A DNA stretch of 61,463 nt, filler included, from Squatina squatina (Eukaryota): assembly GCA_031763465.1 (NCBI GenBank). It is 4 parts of 4 records of this genome, joined end to end, with 100 filler letters (N's around TTAATTAATTAA, not from the genome) between each part and the next. Parts side by side here need not be neighbours in the genome. Positions count along the whole stretch, not along the records: positions 48,592 to 61,463 come from JARFOE010000219.1; 3 more parts are not named here. One strand, 5' to 3'. This document shows, piece after piece, positions 50,407-61,463 of the stretch. A model generated the notes under the pieces. That model had not been told where the DNA came from. It was given only the letters and a program-made list of their open reading frames with translations, and searched no databases. How positions within the stretch are numbered: the stretch's first letter is position 1; each line of letters starts with the position of its first letter. Position numbers and translations under genes: made by a program.

Positions 50407-52844
50407 GAGGCTACTTGGCTAACTTTAGCTGTTTGGTTGAGGCCACTGAAGCTAAAGTGATCATTTTTGAGAAGCGTGTACTTTACACAAATAGAAGTTA
50501 TGAAAAAATCTTGTATGTTTCTAAATAGTTTGACATCAAAGAGCATCGTGAAACTTCATAAGATTTTAGTACCATACTTGCACAGTATCTGTAACCACAA
50601 ATCTTTTATAGTAATCTGTTCACATCACAAGTTATCTTCTTAACTTGGATTCTGCTGCATTTTTTTTTATTTGCCAAACTTACAATCATTGTATTCATTA
50701 CAAAGTTGTCTCCCTTTTAAAGTATATGTGTAAGAATGAGTAAGCATGACTTAACATGTGATGATCATAAAATATAAAGCCAGTATTCTCCAGTTCCCTG
50801 GCCAAATTTTACCCCTCTAGCAATGCCACAATTTATCGGATTGTGAGATCTCGTGCAAAAATAGGCTGCTGTTTCCCTACGTGACAGTAGTGACTGCACT
50901 TTAAAAGTAACTCATTAGCTGTGAGTGCTTTTGGGATGGCTTGAACTTGAACGGTGGTATCTAGTCACTTTCTTTCCAAAAATTAACAGTGAGGGCATAA
51001 TAGTAGAAATAAAAGTTTCTTATTTTGTTGAAGCAATAAGTGATGCGAATGGGATGGAAAATTTCTGACTTAATACACGGCATGTGTAACCTTCATTTAG
51101 GTGTACCCACCATGGGATTTTGCAGAAGTGAGAGCATAATAGTGGAAATACAGGTTTCTTCTTGGATTGTAAACTGAAATACCCACTGGACTTTTTAAAA
51201 AAAAAAGATAAATTTGAGTTATAGAAAGTGACATTAAATACTGTGTCTTTTTTCTGCACTGCCAGAATCCCTCTTGCATGATATAAAGATACAGTTCAAC
51301 AAAATCTTCAACACTGTTTGTGATCACTCATCAAAAGGTTTTAATTGCCAGTTTATCTGATCATTTATACCTAAAACATCAAACCTTTTGGTAGCCCACA
51401 GCTAAATGATCAGTGTGAATTATTGTAGTCATATCTGACCTGGTGGAATGTGTAAATTTTTTTGGCTAATAGATCAATGTTGTTGGGAAGCTGTGTGGCA
51501 TCTTTCATCTTTGTACGAAACATGTTTACACCAACTTTGTATTTAAACTGAAGGAGGCATTTCAATGCCAAACTAAAACATTACAACTTGATTTGAATAT
51601 TTTTTGTATTCAAACATTTTTTAGGATTACTCTTGTCATTAACCTTTTGAAAAATATTTAGCACTGAAAATTTGGCTTTTTTTTGCTGATCTGTGAAAAC
51701 GGTAAGATTTGGCTCATCAAGCTGGTTCCTTCTACAGATCATAGATATTCTGCTGTGTCCATTTTGTCTTCTGAAGAGATTATATAAAATTTAAGCTTGC
51801 ATTTTGCCTCGCCATTCTTGACTTTGACTGCCATGGTAGTGTATTTTGTTTGGGTCTAGGTATATTTGGGTTGCCTGTATGACGTATTTTTAAACCCCTT
51901 CAGAAGAGGTTAATAGCCAACCTTTTTGAACAAAGGATCACTTTTGACACGATTGTACAGTTAAACACTGAATCTAATCACTATACTACATCACCCTGGT
52001 GGTGTTTATAAAGTAAAAAAAGCTAGGAACTCTGCCAATGGTTAATGAGTAGCCAGGCTACACAGATCAGGAAGGCTTCAGTATTTGCAGCAGTAGGACA
52101 GTACATTAGGAAGTGACGTCATCAACTTCAGACAGGAAGTAGTGAAAATTGGCAAGCAAAAGCCATGAAGTATAAAATAGGTGTAAATAAGCATAATTCA
52201 TTGATTTTTGTGAAATATCAGCATTTGGAACCAAATCTGTAATTTAGTTTTCTATCTACATAAAGCGGAAGAAAATACAAGTACTTTATAAAAAAAAAAC
52301 TCTCCCCTTTCCCTTCATATTTCTCCTCCCCGCCCCGGGCAGCATTTTAAGTAAATTTTCATGCTCCATGGATNNNNNNNNNNNNNNNNNNNNNNNNNNN
52401 NNNNNNNNNNNNNNNNNNNNNNNNNNNNNNNNNNNNNNNNNNNNNNNNNNNNNNNNNNNNNNNNNNNNNNNNNCTGTAGTGACTCCTTCAGATCCAAAGC
52501 AGGTTATTGTCTGAATTATTAACTCCTCTCTTTTGGATGCTGTTTACTTCCAATGTTCCATGTTTTTACTACGGGTTGTCAGCATTCGTGATTTTTGCTT
52601 TTTATCTAAATAAAACTTGCTGCAATATTGATGCTCTGCCACTAGATGCCAGTGCTGATTTAATGGCTAGCAATCCCTGCACACCCAGCGGACAGGGCAC
52701 TCTCTTAGGAAACACTGGCACTACAAAGTTGTAATCTCAGGTCTCCAACCCAGGCTCCTTTCAAGTATGGCTCTCCTCTGGGAATATGAATGAATTTTTC
52801 ACAATGCACTCAATGGATAAGTTTTCACACCCAAATTTGTAATT

Positions 52845-52935
52845 TGTCTGCTCTCTCCACAGATACTGCTCGATGTCTGAGTCAATCCAGCAAATTCTGT
52901 TTTTATTTCTATCATCTGTAGTTTTTTGCTTTTTG
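52845..52935. mobile_element. Single arm of the Penelope-like repeat
   Basis: ctctctccacagatactgctcgatgtctgagtcaatccagcaaattctgtttttatttc. Confidence 0.5.
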
Positions 52936-55259
52936 TTCAATGCAAAAGATCACAGGGTGGATCATTTGAGGGACTTTGGCAGTAGTTTAGGCTAGATGGG
53001 ACTCAGGGAATTGTGCAAGGGTTCATTAAACAAAAACACAGATTGCCCCTAACTTCTCAGTAATAATTAATTAATGTTTGGGCGGGGGATGGGACAGTGG
53101 GTCGCGATGATCAGAGCAGTGTTAATGTGGAGAAATAGTCCATGAATAATTTTACCTACATTCCCCTACTTTTTGCTCTTTTCGACGTTGTAGCCGGTCA
53201 GGAAATTTTAGCCTCTTGGTTTCTTAATACACTCTGTAATAATAATAATACATAGGAAGGTACTGGTGAGTTTTACTGCTGTGAGGAATCACCGGCCATA
53301 AAAAAGCTCTGTTTCCCTTTTAAAATCCAGAAGTATTTGTCCAACAAAAGTGAATCCAGAAGTAATGGGAGAGTCAGCTTTCCTTGCATGCGGGTATAGG
53401 GGTATATTTTGACTACAAGCACAATAAAACAACGCTACATGCTGGTGGTATATGACATCATGACCTAAATATGTTTTAAAAAATCATTTATTACTGTCTA
53501 TAAACAGTGAAGTTAGCACAAGGGATGATGAAAAAACAGTATTAATTCCTCCTTGGCTTGAGAATCATTGGTGGCCCATTAGGATTCCAGATGTCGTTTT
53601 GTGTGCTTTTCCATTTGTTTTCCAACATTTACTACTTGGACCCTTGGTGCCTTCTCTGGTGCTTGTCAGGGATGTTGGNNNNNNNNNNNNNNNNNNNNNN
53701 NNNNNNNNNNNNNNNNNNNNNNNNNNNNNNNNNNNNNNNNNNNNNNNNNNNNNNNNNNNNNNNNNNNNNNNNNNNNNNNNNNNNNNNNNNNNNNNNNNNN
53801 NNNNNNNNNCCTACAACTGTGGACAGAGCAGATTAGGCCCAGGAGCGTGACAGTGTATGATTTTACATAATTGTGAACTTTTCTTCTTGACAGTTGAATG
53901 CTTGTATTGCAGTGAACTCTTGTTTTATAACTCAGATAGAATCCTTTGTTTAATCCACTGTGGTGTTAGAGAGCAGAGAAAATAAAGCAACCTTTTTATT
54001 GACTACATTATTGCAATATTTTGATAATTTTTCATGCTAGCTTTTTAATTATTCACAATGGTGCGATATTATTTGCTTTGGGAGTTTAAGATGCTTTAAA
54101 TCTCTACGTGAATTGGTGGAAAATGTGAAGTTGAAATAGAGTCTTGACAATTATTAAAGGTAAACACTAGATATAATTCACCAAATTGAATACTGTTTTT
54201 TCTTACAGAAATGAAGTAAAGCCATATAGATGACAATTTTTGCAGAATATTCATAGAGTAGTATATTCATGATTTTACCCTTTCAAGAATAGACTTTTTT
54301 TTCCAGAACCAGCGTTTCTATAATATGTTACACGTTTGAAGCCACACGTCCCAGGTTGTCATATTTGCTTAAGAACTTTAATTGAGCAATTTGTGATTTT
54401 AGTTCCTGTCACCTCTTATTTATTTCAAGATTACAGATTTGAACACAGAATGCAAGGCACCCAAATCCACATTTGTGTTGCATGTAGTCGTCAGGAAAGT
54501 GAGTGAGGAAAAAAATGACAGTAACTTGATATCATTTGAAAAGGGTGAGTGGAAGGTTAGAGACTATGTGGATAGCTGTGCACTTTGAAAAAGATCACAT
54601 GCAAATGAAATGTGACATACTTGTTGTCCTAAATGATACTCAATGGCTAGGTGAAACAAGAACTGAATCACACTCAACAACCTGCAGCTGTTAACATAGG
54701 TAGCAAGATCAAGGAGTTCTGTGGTTTCAGCTGGATGACAAAGCTCTTTTAAAAAAAAAGACTATAATTTTCTTGTAGTCTTTTTATGTTTAACCCTTTA
54801 AGGACGACTAGAGTATTTCACAACCAAAATGACACGTATAGTGGACTTTATAGTGTTCTGATAATATTGAGGATCCTGTTAATAATTGTCTTTGCTTTTA
54901 GATAATTCTTCAATTATACTTTATAAAAAGTCATAAAAGCTTACAATGACAAATGTTCTTCAGATATACAATTGTGCATTCTCAAACTGAAAAAGCCCCC
55001 CACCCCGCAACCCCCCAAACAATTCCCGACCTCCAGTCCCTGGTCCGCCACTCTTTCCCTTCCACCACTCCCCACACCGAATCCCAATTCCCTGTACCCA
55101 AGTCACTGTTCACCTTAGTTTAGTTTTGCACCTTTCCCTCTCTGTCCCTGTCTCTCTGTNNNNNNNNNNNNNNNNNNNNNNNNNNNNNNNNNNNNNNNNN
55201 NNNNNNNNNNNNNNNNNNNNNNNNNNNNNNNNNNNNNNNNNNNNNNNNNNNNNNNNNNN

Positions 55260-55369
55260 GGAGAAAGCAGGGACAGGGTACTGAATTTGGATGATCAGCC
55301 ATGATCATATTGAATGGTGCAGCAGGCTCGAAAGGTCGAATGGCCTGCTCCTGCTCCTATTTTCTATGT
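55260..55369 (+). mobile_element. CR1 3' tail
   Basis: gatcagccatgatcatattgaatgg...gcaggctcgaa...ctcctgctcctattttctatgt. Confidence 0.8.
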
Positions 55370-58300
55370 AAATATGTCCTCTTGGTGAATTGAGCAATCT
55401 GTAATTCTTATTTAGGTTATTCCAGAAATTAATAAACAACTTGTAGGTACATTACTAGTATCTTCAAATCAGGCCAATGTGCATTCTAAATGGAGCAATT
55501 GCCACATTCAGGTTGGTGTATTCAGGAACATGAGCCATGTATTATTGCACTATAGATCATTGTGACAATACTTTTCTTACCATATGTGGATCATTGCTGC
55601 AAAATCATGGCCTTGCACTGCATTGTGAAGTGCTTTGGCACAACCTGCTGCAGCACTTTACTGATGCATACTGTTCTAATGTAGAATGGAGTGCACTGAG
55701 AATAATTCACTTGTGTATGTTGTACCTATTAGTATTGGATTTACTGAAGAGCTGAAACTGTGTTAGGTTTTTAACCTTTTTAAACTTATCAATTTAAATT
55801 TATAGGCAGTGCCCTTTTGGATTGAAGTGGTTATAGTCAAAGAGCTGCTGTGAAACTTTTCACGTGCGAACACGAATACCAAGTATGCTCTGTATAAATT
55901 TACACCCTAATGGTTACTTCAATATTGGTAAGCCCACATAAAGAACCTCTTTATAATGTGTATTTTTCCTTGTAACACACTTTTTACATGGGAGATTGAA
56001 TCATATGGGGAGGTGTGTGTTTATTATATATTTATCAGTATACCTAATGTTTCTTAGACAGCATGATCAAAAAGTGTGGCCATAAGTTGTAATTTTGGAT
56101 TTTTCCAACTTAAAGTGAAAATCTCGCATCACAAACTTTATATAAGCTGGTTTAAAATTGGACTGGAATATCTTTATCATGCAAATCTTTCACCTGATCC
56201 AGCAGCTTTCACATTGGCATTTTAGCAAATTATGGGATGAATCAGATGGGAAACTTCTAAAAATAATTAACTTGCTCATATTGAGCAAAGATATGTGTGA
56301 TATATATATATATATATTTGTGTATATTAATGTCCCCGTTTTAATAAGGAATTGATTCTGTATGTTTTCCATTATGACTTTTTGCATGTAAGGCAAGGAA
56401 TATTGCAAAGCCTAATAAAGATCTGTGTAGTTGTTTATCTATACAAATTTGAAAATACTGGTATATTTTCATCAGTGTTCTGCTTCACACAACCACAGAA
56501 CCTTTCTATAGTTTCTCAAGGGAGTAAATTATTTCAAGTCTTGAGCTGGCTGGTTGTATAAAGTTAATCATAACAGAAACTGATGCTGTTCCTCGGGTTT
56601 ACATTAGTCTATTCAGAATGTTTGATTAACCCACAATATTGAGCGTTTAATCAATTATTGTTTGTTATTCTTCGTTACATTTGTACTGAATTAAGTTGTG
56701 TGGTAATAATAGCGATACTGAACTCAGATGATTGGATGTATTGATACCCTATATCTCATCCTTTTCCAGCATTGGAAAATAACTGTCAAGTGTCTAATGC
56801 AATATTTCTTGATTCAGAACCAATTCACGTCAAGTAAATGGCTGCTTTGCTTTTGTTTTTACTGTCTGTACTTTTGAATTACTTTCTGGTTAATGTTTCA
56901 AAATAATTATCGTCAAATAACATTTAATGTTTATCCGTTAAAACTGTTGGTAATATGCAGCCAATCAAGGCCAGAGGCGAACATTTTCAAACTGACAGAC
57001 ACCTTCCAACTTCACAATAACCACATATTGTAAGTTTGAAAGCTGCAGATGGACCACGTAAACCAAATTCAGAAACTTTTATTGTGCAGTTATAGTGCAC
57101 TACCAGTCCGAGAACAGTAAATGCAAAGTGCAGTTGCAATCAGTAGCATTCAAGTTATACTGCAGGCTGACAATCAAACTTTCATGACCAGGAGTGAGAT
57201 CTGTGCCTGCAGGCTTCTTTGCATTTGCACTGAGCTGCTCCCTTGAAAATACATTTCTCAGCTTTGTCAGAAGATTTTGAGGAATTCTGCTTAGATTTAT
57301 GAAGTGCCCAGGATATCTAACAAACCTCGAGTACTTTTTTAAATTGTCGGTTATCACACTGGAGTTATAGTCTATATGGTGTCAATCCCAAGCAGTGTGA
57401 GGTGACCTTTCTGGGGGTGTGCTGTGCTCCATTGTGGAGTCAAATTCTGACCTGATTTGAGTTATACTGTCACTGTTCTGTTGATGCATCTTCACAGCAA
57501 TGAAGAGCGACTGTATAATTGTGCCTTTTAATTTAGGCATGTATTGTCCGTTCTAGTAATATTATCTGAACCACTTATCTGAATGTGGATAACAACAATC
57601 TTGTGGCACTAATTATACAGAATAAGATATTTTCCGGATAACCTACATTTTCTTGGGTTTTTATTTTTTATAAAAATAAAAAGCAGTTTTTATTTCTGCC
57701 TCTTGCTTTATATAAATTCTTGATATATATGTCCATGAGTCTTTTTGTGCCTTCTATTTTTCTTTTTATTTGTGTGTAGTTTGTTGTTTCAACATTCACC
57801 TATTATTTCTGTTTTGCTTCATTAAAAAATACATGTACCTCTTTCAATCTCCGTGTTAAAATGATGGTTTTCTGAGGTTACTGTACTCACTCTTACATGT
57901 ACCCAAGGAAAAGTCTATTCTGAAAGGATTTTTATGTCTCGGACAGCAAAAGTGTCATGTTGCATACTGCTGAATAATGGAAGGCACTCTTGCAGCATAA
58001 GGGGTGCATAGAAAATCTGAAGCAAACTACAGAGTGATAAATTGCACCCTACAATGTTACGACTTTTACTTATATAGACAGTAAACCAAGCATGCTATGC
58101 ATTAGGGGAATGAGTTCTTTGGAATCAAGAAAACTAGATAGATGGAGAAAGGAGATTCTCCACACTTAGTCCCATTAATCTATTGAACAAAATAAATTGC
58201 ATAACAGAAGGTGAGATATTCTGACATAGTTAGAATTTATCTCGTGCTTTTTGCTATTTTTCAATCTGCTTCTGATTTTCCCCATAATTACTAAAATTTG

Positions 58301-58626
58301 GGATATGGTGANNNNNNNNNNNNNNNNNNNNNNNNNNNNNNNNNNNNNNNNNNNNNNNNNNNNNNNNNNNNNNNNNNNNNNNNNNNNNNNNNNNNNNNNN
58401 NNNNNNNNNNNAGAGCCTCGCTGCTGTTTGTCCTATTCATAGATGCCACAGAGCCCCTGTAGAAGGCGCTGGGCTGAAACAGATGGCAGCGGATTAATGG
58501 AAGTCGCCGCTGACAAGCACGCAATAAATCTCTGGCCAACTGTATGCGAGCCAAATGGCAAAATCCGTTCCTTCGCCACTGAGCGCAAAATCTGGGCCAA
58601 GATCATAGTGCCCAGCAGTATCACTG

Positions 58627-58748
58627 GGACTTTCCCCAATCAGGCACCATGACTTCAGCAGAAACCCCATTTCCACGTCTGTCGGAGGTTTCCACCAAAC
58701 TCCACGAAAGTTATAGTAGCCAATTGGGAGAACACATGAGGAAATTGC
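58627..58748. mobile_element. MITE-like element related to 10309-10462
   Basis: Shares ataactt...ggtg-aaacct...gaaatgg and a gagaac...ggaaatt end. Confidence 0.4.
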
Positions 58749-59081
58749 TGTGTATCTTTTGACTCAGCTGAGCAACTCCATGTGAGATTTGTTTGTACCT
58801 GCTCAAACATTTTTTTAAAAATTGCATTTTGTTTTAAATTGCAGTGGCTTACTCTCAAACAAAATTTCCTCCTTTCTGTTTTGAACTGTATACTGCTACA
58901 CTTTAGAGAAATACAACTTGTAGTAATATTTTCAGCAGGGGATGCTATTGCTTCTCCTTCCTGAAATATTTTTTTGGGGAAGATGATATAATTGAGGCCA
59001 GCTTGTGTTCTGGAGCTGTGCTGTAAAATTTTCCAGAGAATCTTGGCTCATAAATAAAATGGATATTTATTATTTTTCTAG

Positions 59082-59237
59082 GAGCCAAAGTTCTGTGGAA
59101 AGATTTATTGTACAACTACAGTATAGAATTTTATGATGCAGTGATAGAACACCAGCCAGCCATGATGATATCATCCTCCCAGAATCCATTGCATCAAGAC
59201 ATTGGAAATGTTGTGGATTATTTTTCACAACATAGTG
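59082..59237 (+). CDS. Candidate coding exon of an unidentified gene (156 nt, phase 1-1)
   Basis: Acceptor ttattatttttctag. Only one frame is open: AKVLWKDLLYNYSIEFYDAVIEHQPAMMISSSQNPLHQDIGNVVDYFSQHS. The donor G|GTATAT is weak. Confidence 0.4.
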
Positions 59238-59357
59238 GTATATAAGCGTGTTTTATTTGTGTTCAAAATTAAAATGTATCATGTTTCAAAGCAGAGTAAA
59301 ATTTCATTCTGAAACAAATTTATCTTGATATAATACTTAGCTATTTTATTTCCTTAG

Positions 59358-59419
59358 AACTCACTCAAAATACAATTGCAACCGTCACACTATCACTAAC
59401 AAATTGTTCTGGTAAAATG
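59358..59419 (+). CDS. Candidate coding exon of an unidentified gene (62 nt, phase 1-0)
   Basis: Acceptor ttttatttccttag, peptide (E)LTQNTIATVTLSLTNCSGKM, strong donor ATG|GTGAGT. It is in frame with 59082-59237 across a 120-nt intron. Confidence 0.45.
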
Positions 59420-59867
59420 GTGAGTTCTGGGAGCTTCTGAACAGTTTTAAGGATGGAATGCAAACCTGTCAAGGAGGTAACTGGGTTTCATCCCCTAGCT
59501 TTGGGTAACAATCAAGCTCAAACATCTTGGTTTGACTCCTGTATGCAGTGCCTTTTGGTGCATATTTCATTTTGGAGAAGGAAAATTTGGCAAAAGCCAT
59601 CCATCCTGCTCTGTAAACCGAACCCACTCTTGGTTGATACAGCACCAATATCAGCCACGAAGGTTCTGGCCTGCTGATCACAAATGTGGTCCGAGCTCCA
59701 ACATGTCTGTCATTCTCAAATTTTACGATTTACCGTGCTTGAAAAAGGAATAAACTCTTTTTTTGAAAAAGCACTGCAATGCAAATGCCAAATAACTCTC
59801 TGGCTACGTCCCCGAAGCGGAAGAGAAAGCAAATAAATCCGACAAAATTGCTGCCTTCCTTTAACTG

Positions 59868-60120
59868 TGACAGTGTCAGCCTCGGCTCAGTCGGAGTCAG
59901 AATGTTGTGGGTTGGAGTCCCACTCCAGAAACTGGAGCACAAAATCTAGGCTTATCCTCCTTTGCAGGACTGAGGGAGCACTGCACTTTCGGAGGTGCCA
60001 TCTATTGGATGAGACGTCAAACCCGAGGCCCCGTCTGCCCTCTCGGGCACTCTTTTAAAGAAGAGCTAGCCAATATTTATCCCGCAGTCAACGTCACTTA
60101 AAAAATACAAGAGATTATCT
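59868..60120 (+). mobile_element. Deu-domain SINE (SacSINE1-like) 5' and central part
   Basis: ggctcagtcggagtcagaatgttgtgggttggagtcccactccaga...gactgagggagcactgcactttcggaggtgcc...gccaatatttatccc. Confidence 0.75.
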
Positions 60121-60578
60121 NNNNNNNNNNNNNNNNNNNNNNNNNNNNNNNNNNNNNNNNNNNNNNNNNNNNNNNNNNNNNNNNNNNNNNNNNNNNNNNN
60201 NNNNNNNNNNNNNNNNNNNNNNNNNNNNNNNNNNNNNNNNNNNNNNNNNNNNNNNNNNNNNNNNNNNNNNNNNNNNNNNNNNNNNNNNNNNNNNNNNNNN
60301 NNNNNNNNNNNNNNNNNNNNNNNNNNNNNNNNNNNNNNNNNNNNNNNNNNNNNNNNNNNNNNNNNNNNNNNNNNNNNNNNNNNNNNNNNNNNNNNNNNNN
60401 NNNNNNNNNNNNNNNNNNNNNNNNNNNNNNNNNNNNNNNNNNNNNNNNNNNNNNNNNNNNNNNNNNNNNNNNNNNNNNNNNNNNNNNNNNNNNNNNNNNN
60501 NNNNNNNNNNNNNNNNNNNNNNNNNNNNNNNNNNNNNNNNNNNNNNNNNNNNNNNNNNNNNNNNNNNNNNNNNNNNNN

Positions 60579-60687
60579 GATCGCAAGTTCCGGGTTTAGG
60601 CGCATGCGCAGTGCACACCTGAACCTGGAACTTGTGCAGCCTCGACGGGTGCGTACGCACCCATAAGAGCAACGAATTCAGCTCCAT
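60579..60687. mobile_element. Palindrome-rich terminus of a probable DNA transposon
   Basis: Inverted repeat caagttccgggtttagg...cctgaacctggaacttg, a perfect palindrome gggtgcgtacgcaccc, and the end gaattcagctcc. It abuts a gap. Confidence 0.45.
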
Positions 60688-61346
60688 AGAGTTAGAATGC
60701 TCAGCAGCTGTAGCACAGGGATTAAATGATCATTTTAATTATTTTTAAATAACATCTCGTTTCCATTGGTGAGTTAGCAAATGTGCAGAAACATTACAGT
60801 CTTTATTATCCTTATCTATAATCCTCTTGTTTTTTTTTTAAAAAGAGTTTTGTAAATTCTATGTATAATGATATTTATCTAAAGCTTAATTGGTTGCTAT
60901 ATGATTACATTGAATGCGCTTTAAACTTTAAAGCCAAAATAAATAATATAAGAGCTGGCCATTAAACAGATGGCATGCAATGCCTTAAATCTTTTTTTTA
61001 TAAAATATGTAGCCAAAGGATATTTATGCTCCCAAAATTCCTTCCCTAAACAGTGTTCAATGCTACAGAGTTTTCATCTGCATGTAATTTCGACAGTATT
61101 TTATTGAATGATGTACATCTGCTTCCCTTCACTCACATACCTTAATGAAGTAATTTTTAACTATTCCTGTCAACCTTTTGTGAAGTACAGTTTCTTTGGA
61201 TCCAATAGACCACACAAATGTTTTCAATTCAGTGACTAGAATTGTAACATTCAGCTGGAGAGCAAGTATCTCTCGAGGATTGCTTGCTATTATTAATTTT
61301 GCTATTACAACAAGTGTTATGGCAGAACTGGGATAAGGTTGCAGGC

Positions 61347-61463
61347 ATGTTGAACACCACTTGGAAGAAGCACTAAGAGTAGCAAAGGCACAGAATGTAC
61401 TCTGGGTGGGGGACTTCAATGTCCATCACCAAGAGTGGCTCGGTAGCACCACTACTGACCGAG
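61347..61463 (+). mobile_element. LINE apurinic endonuclease fragment
   Basis: HVEHHLEEALRVAKAQNVLWVGDFNVHHQEWLGSTTTDR contains the GDFN motif. Confidence 0.8.

Overview
This is vertebrate nuclear DNA, not prokaryotic. The repeat complement (CR1 LINEs with (TTTCTATG)n tails, Deu-type and LF-type SINEs, Penelope-like palindromes, Harbinger-type elements) points to a cartilaginous fish, probably a shark (inference). It is a fragmented draft with many gaps of exactly 100 N. Three artificial 44N-TTAATTAATTAA-44N linkers join four unrelated scaffolds: 1-17852, 17953-30992, 31093-48491 and 48592-61463. Scaffold 1 has two minus-strand KIAA1217 (sickle tail) coding exons. Scaffold 2 has one TIMELESS exon and two ANKRD52 exons on the minus strand, one of which uses a GC donor. 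Scaffold 3 is almost all repeats: a diverged tandem duplication of a composite LINE/satellite unit, followed by CR1 copies with intact 5' ends (ORF1 with Cys-motif and SGNH esterase domains). Scaffold 4 is AT-rich and mostly non-coding, with a pair of unidentified in-phase candidate exons. The most notable observations are a minimal hammerhead ribozyme in a Penelope-like repeat, two satellites apparently derived from SINE segments, the duplicated unit and the orphan exon pair. I found no convincing new multi-gene system. Gene and repeat family assignments rest on recalled sequence similarity, not database searches, and repeat boundaries are approximate.
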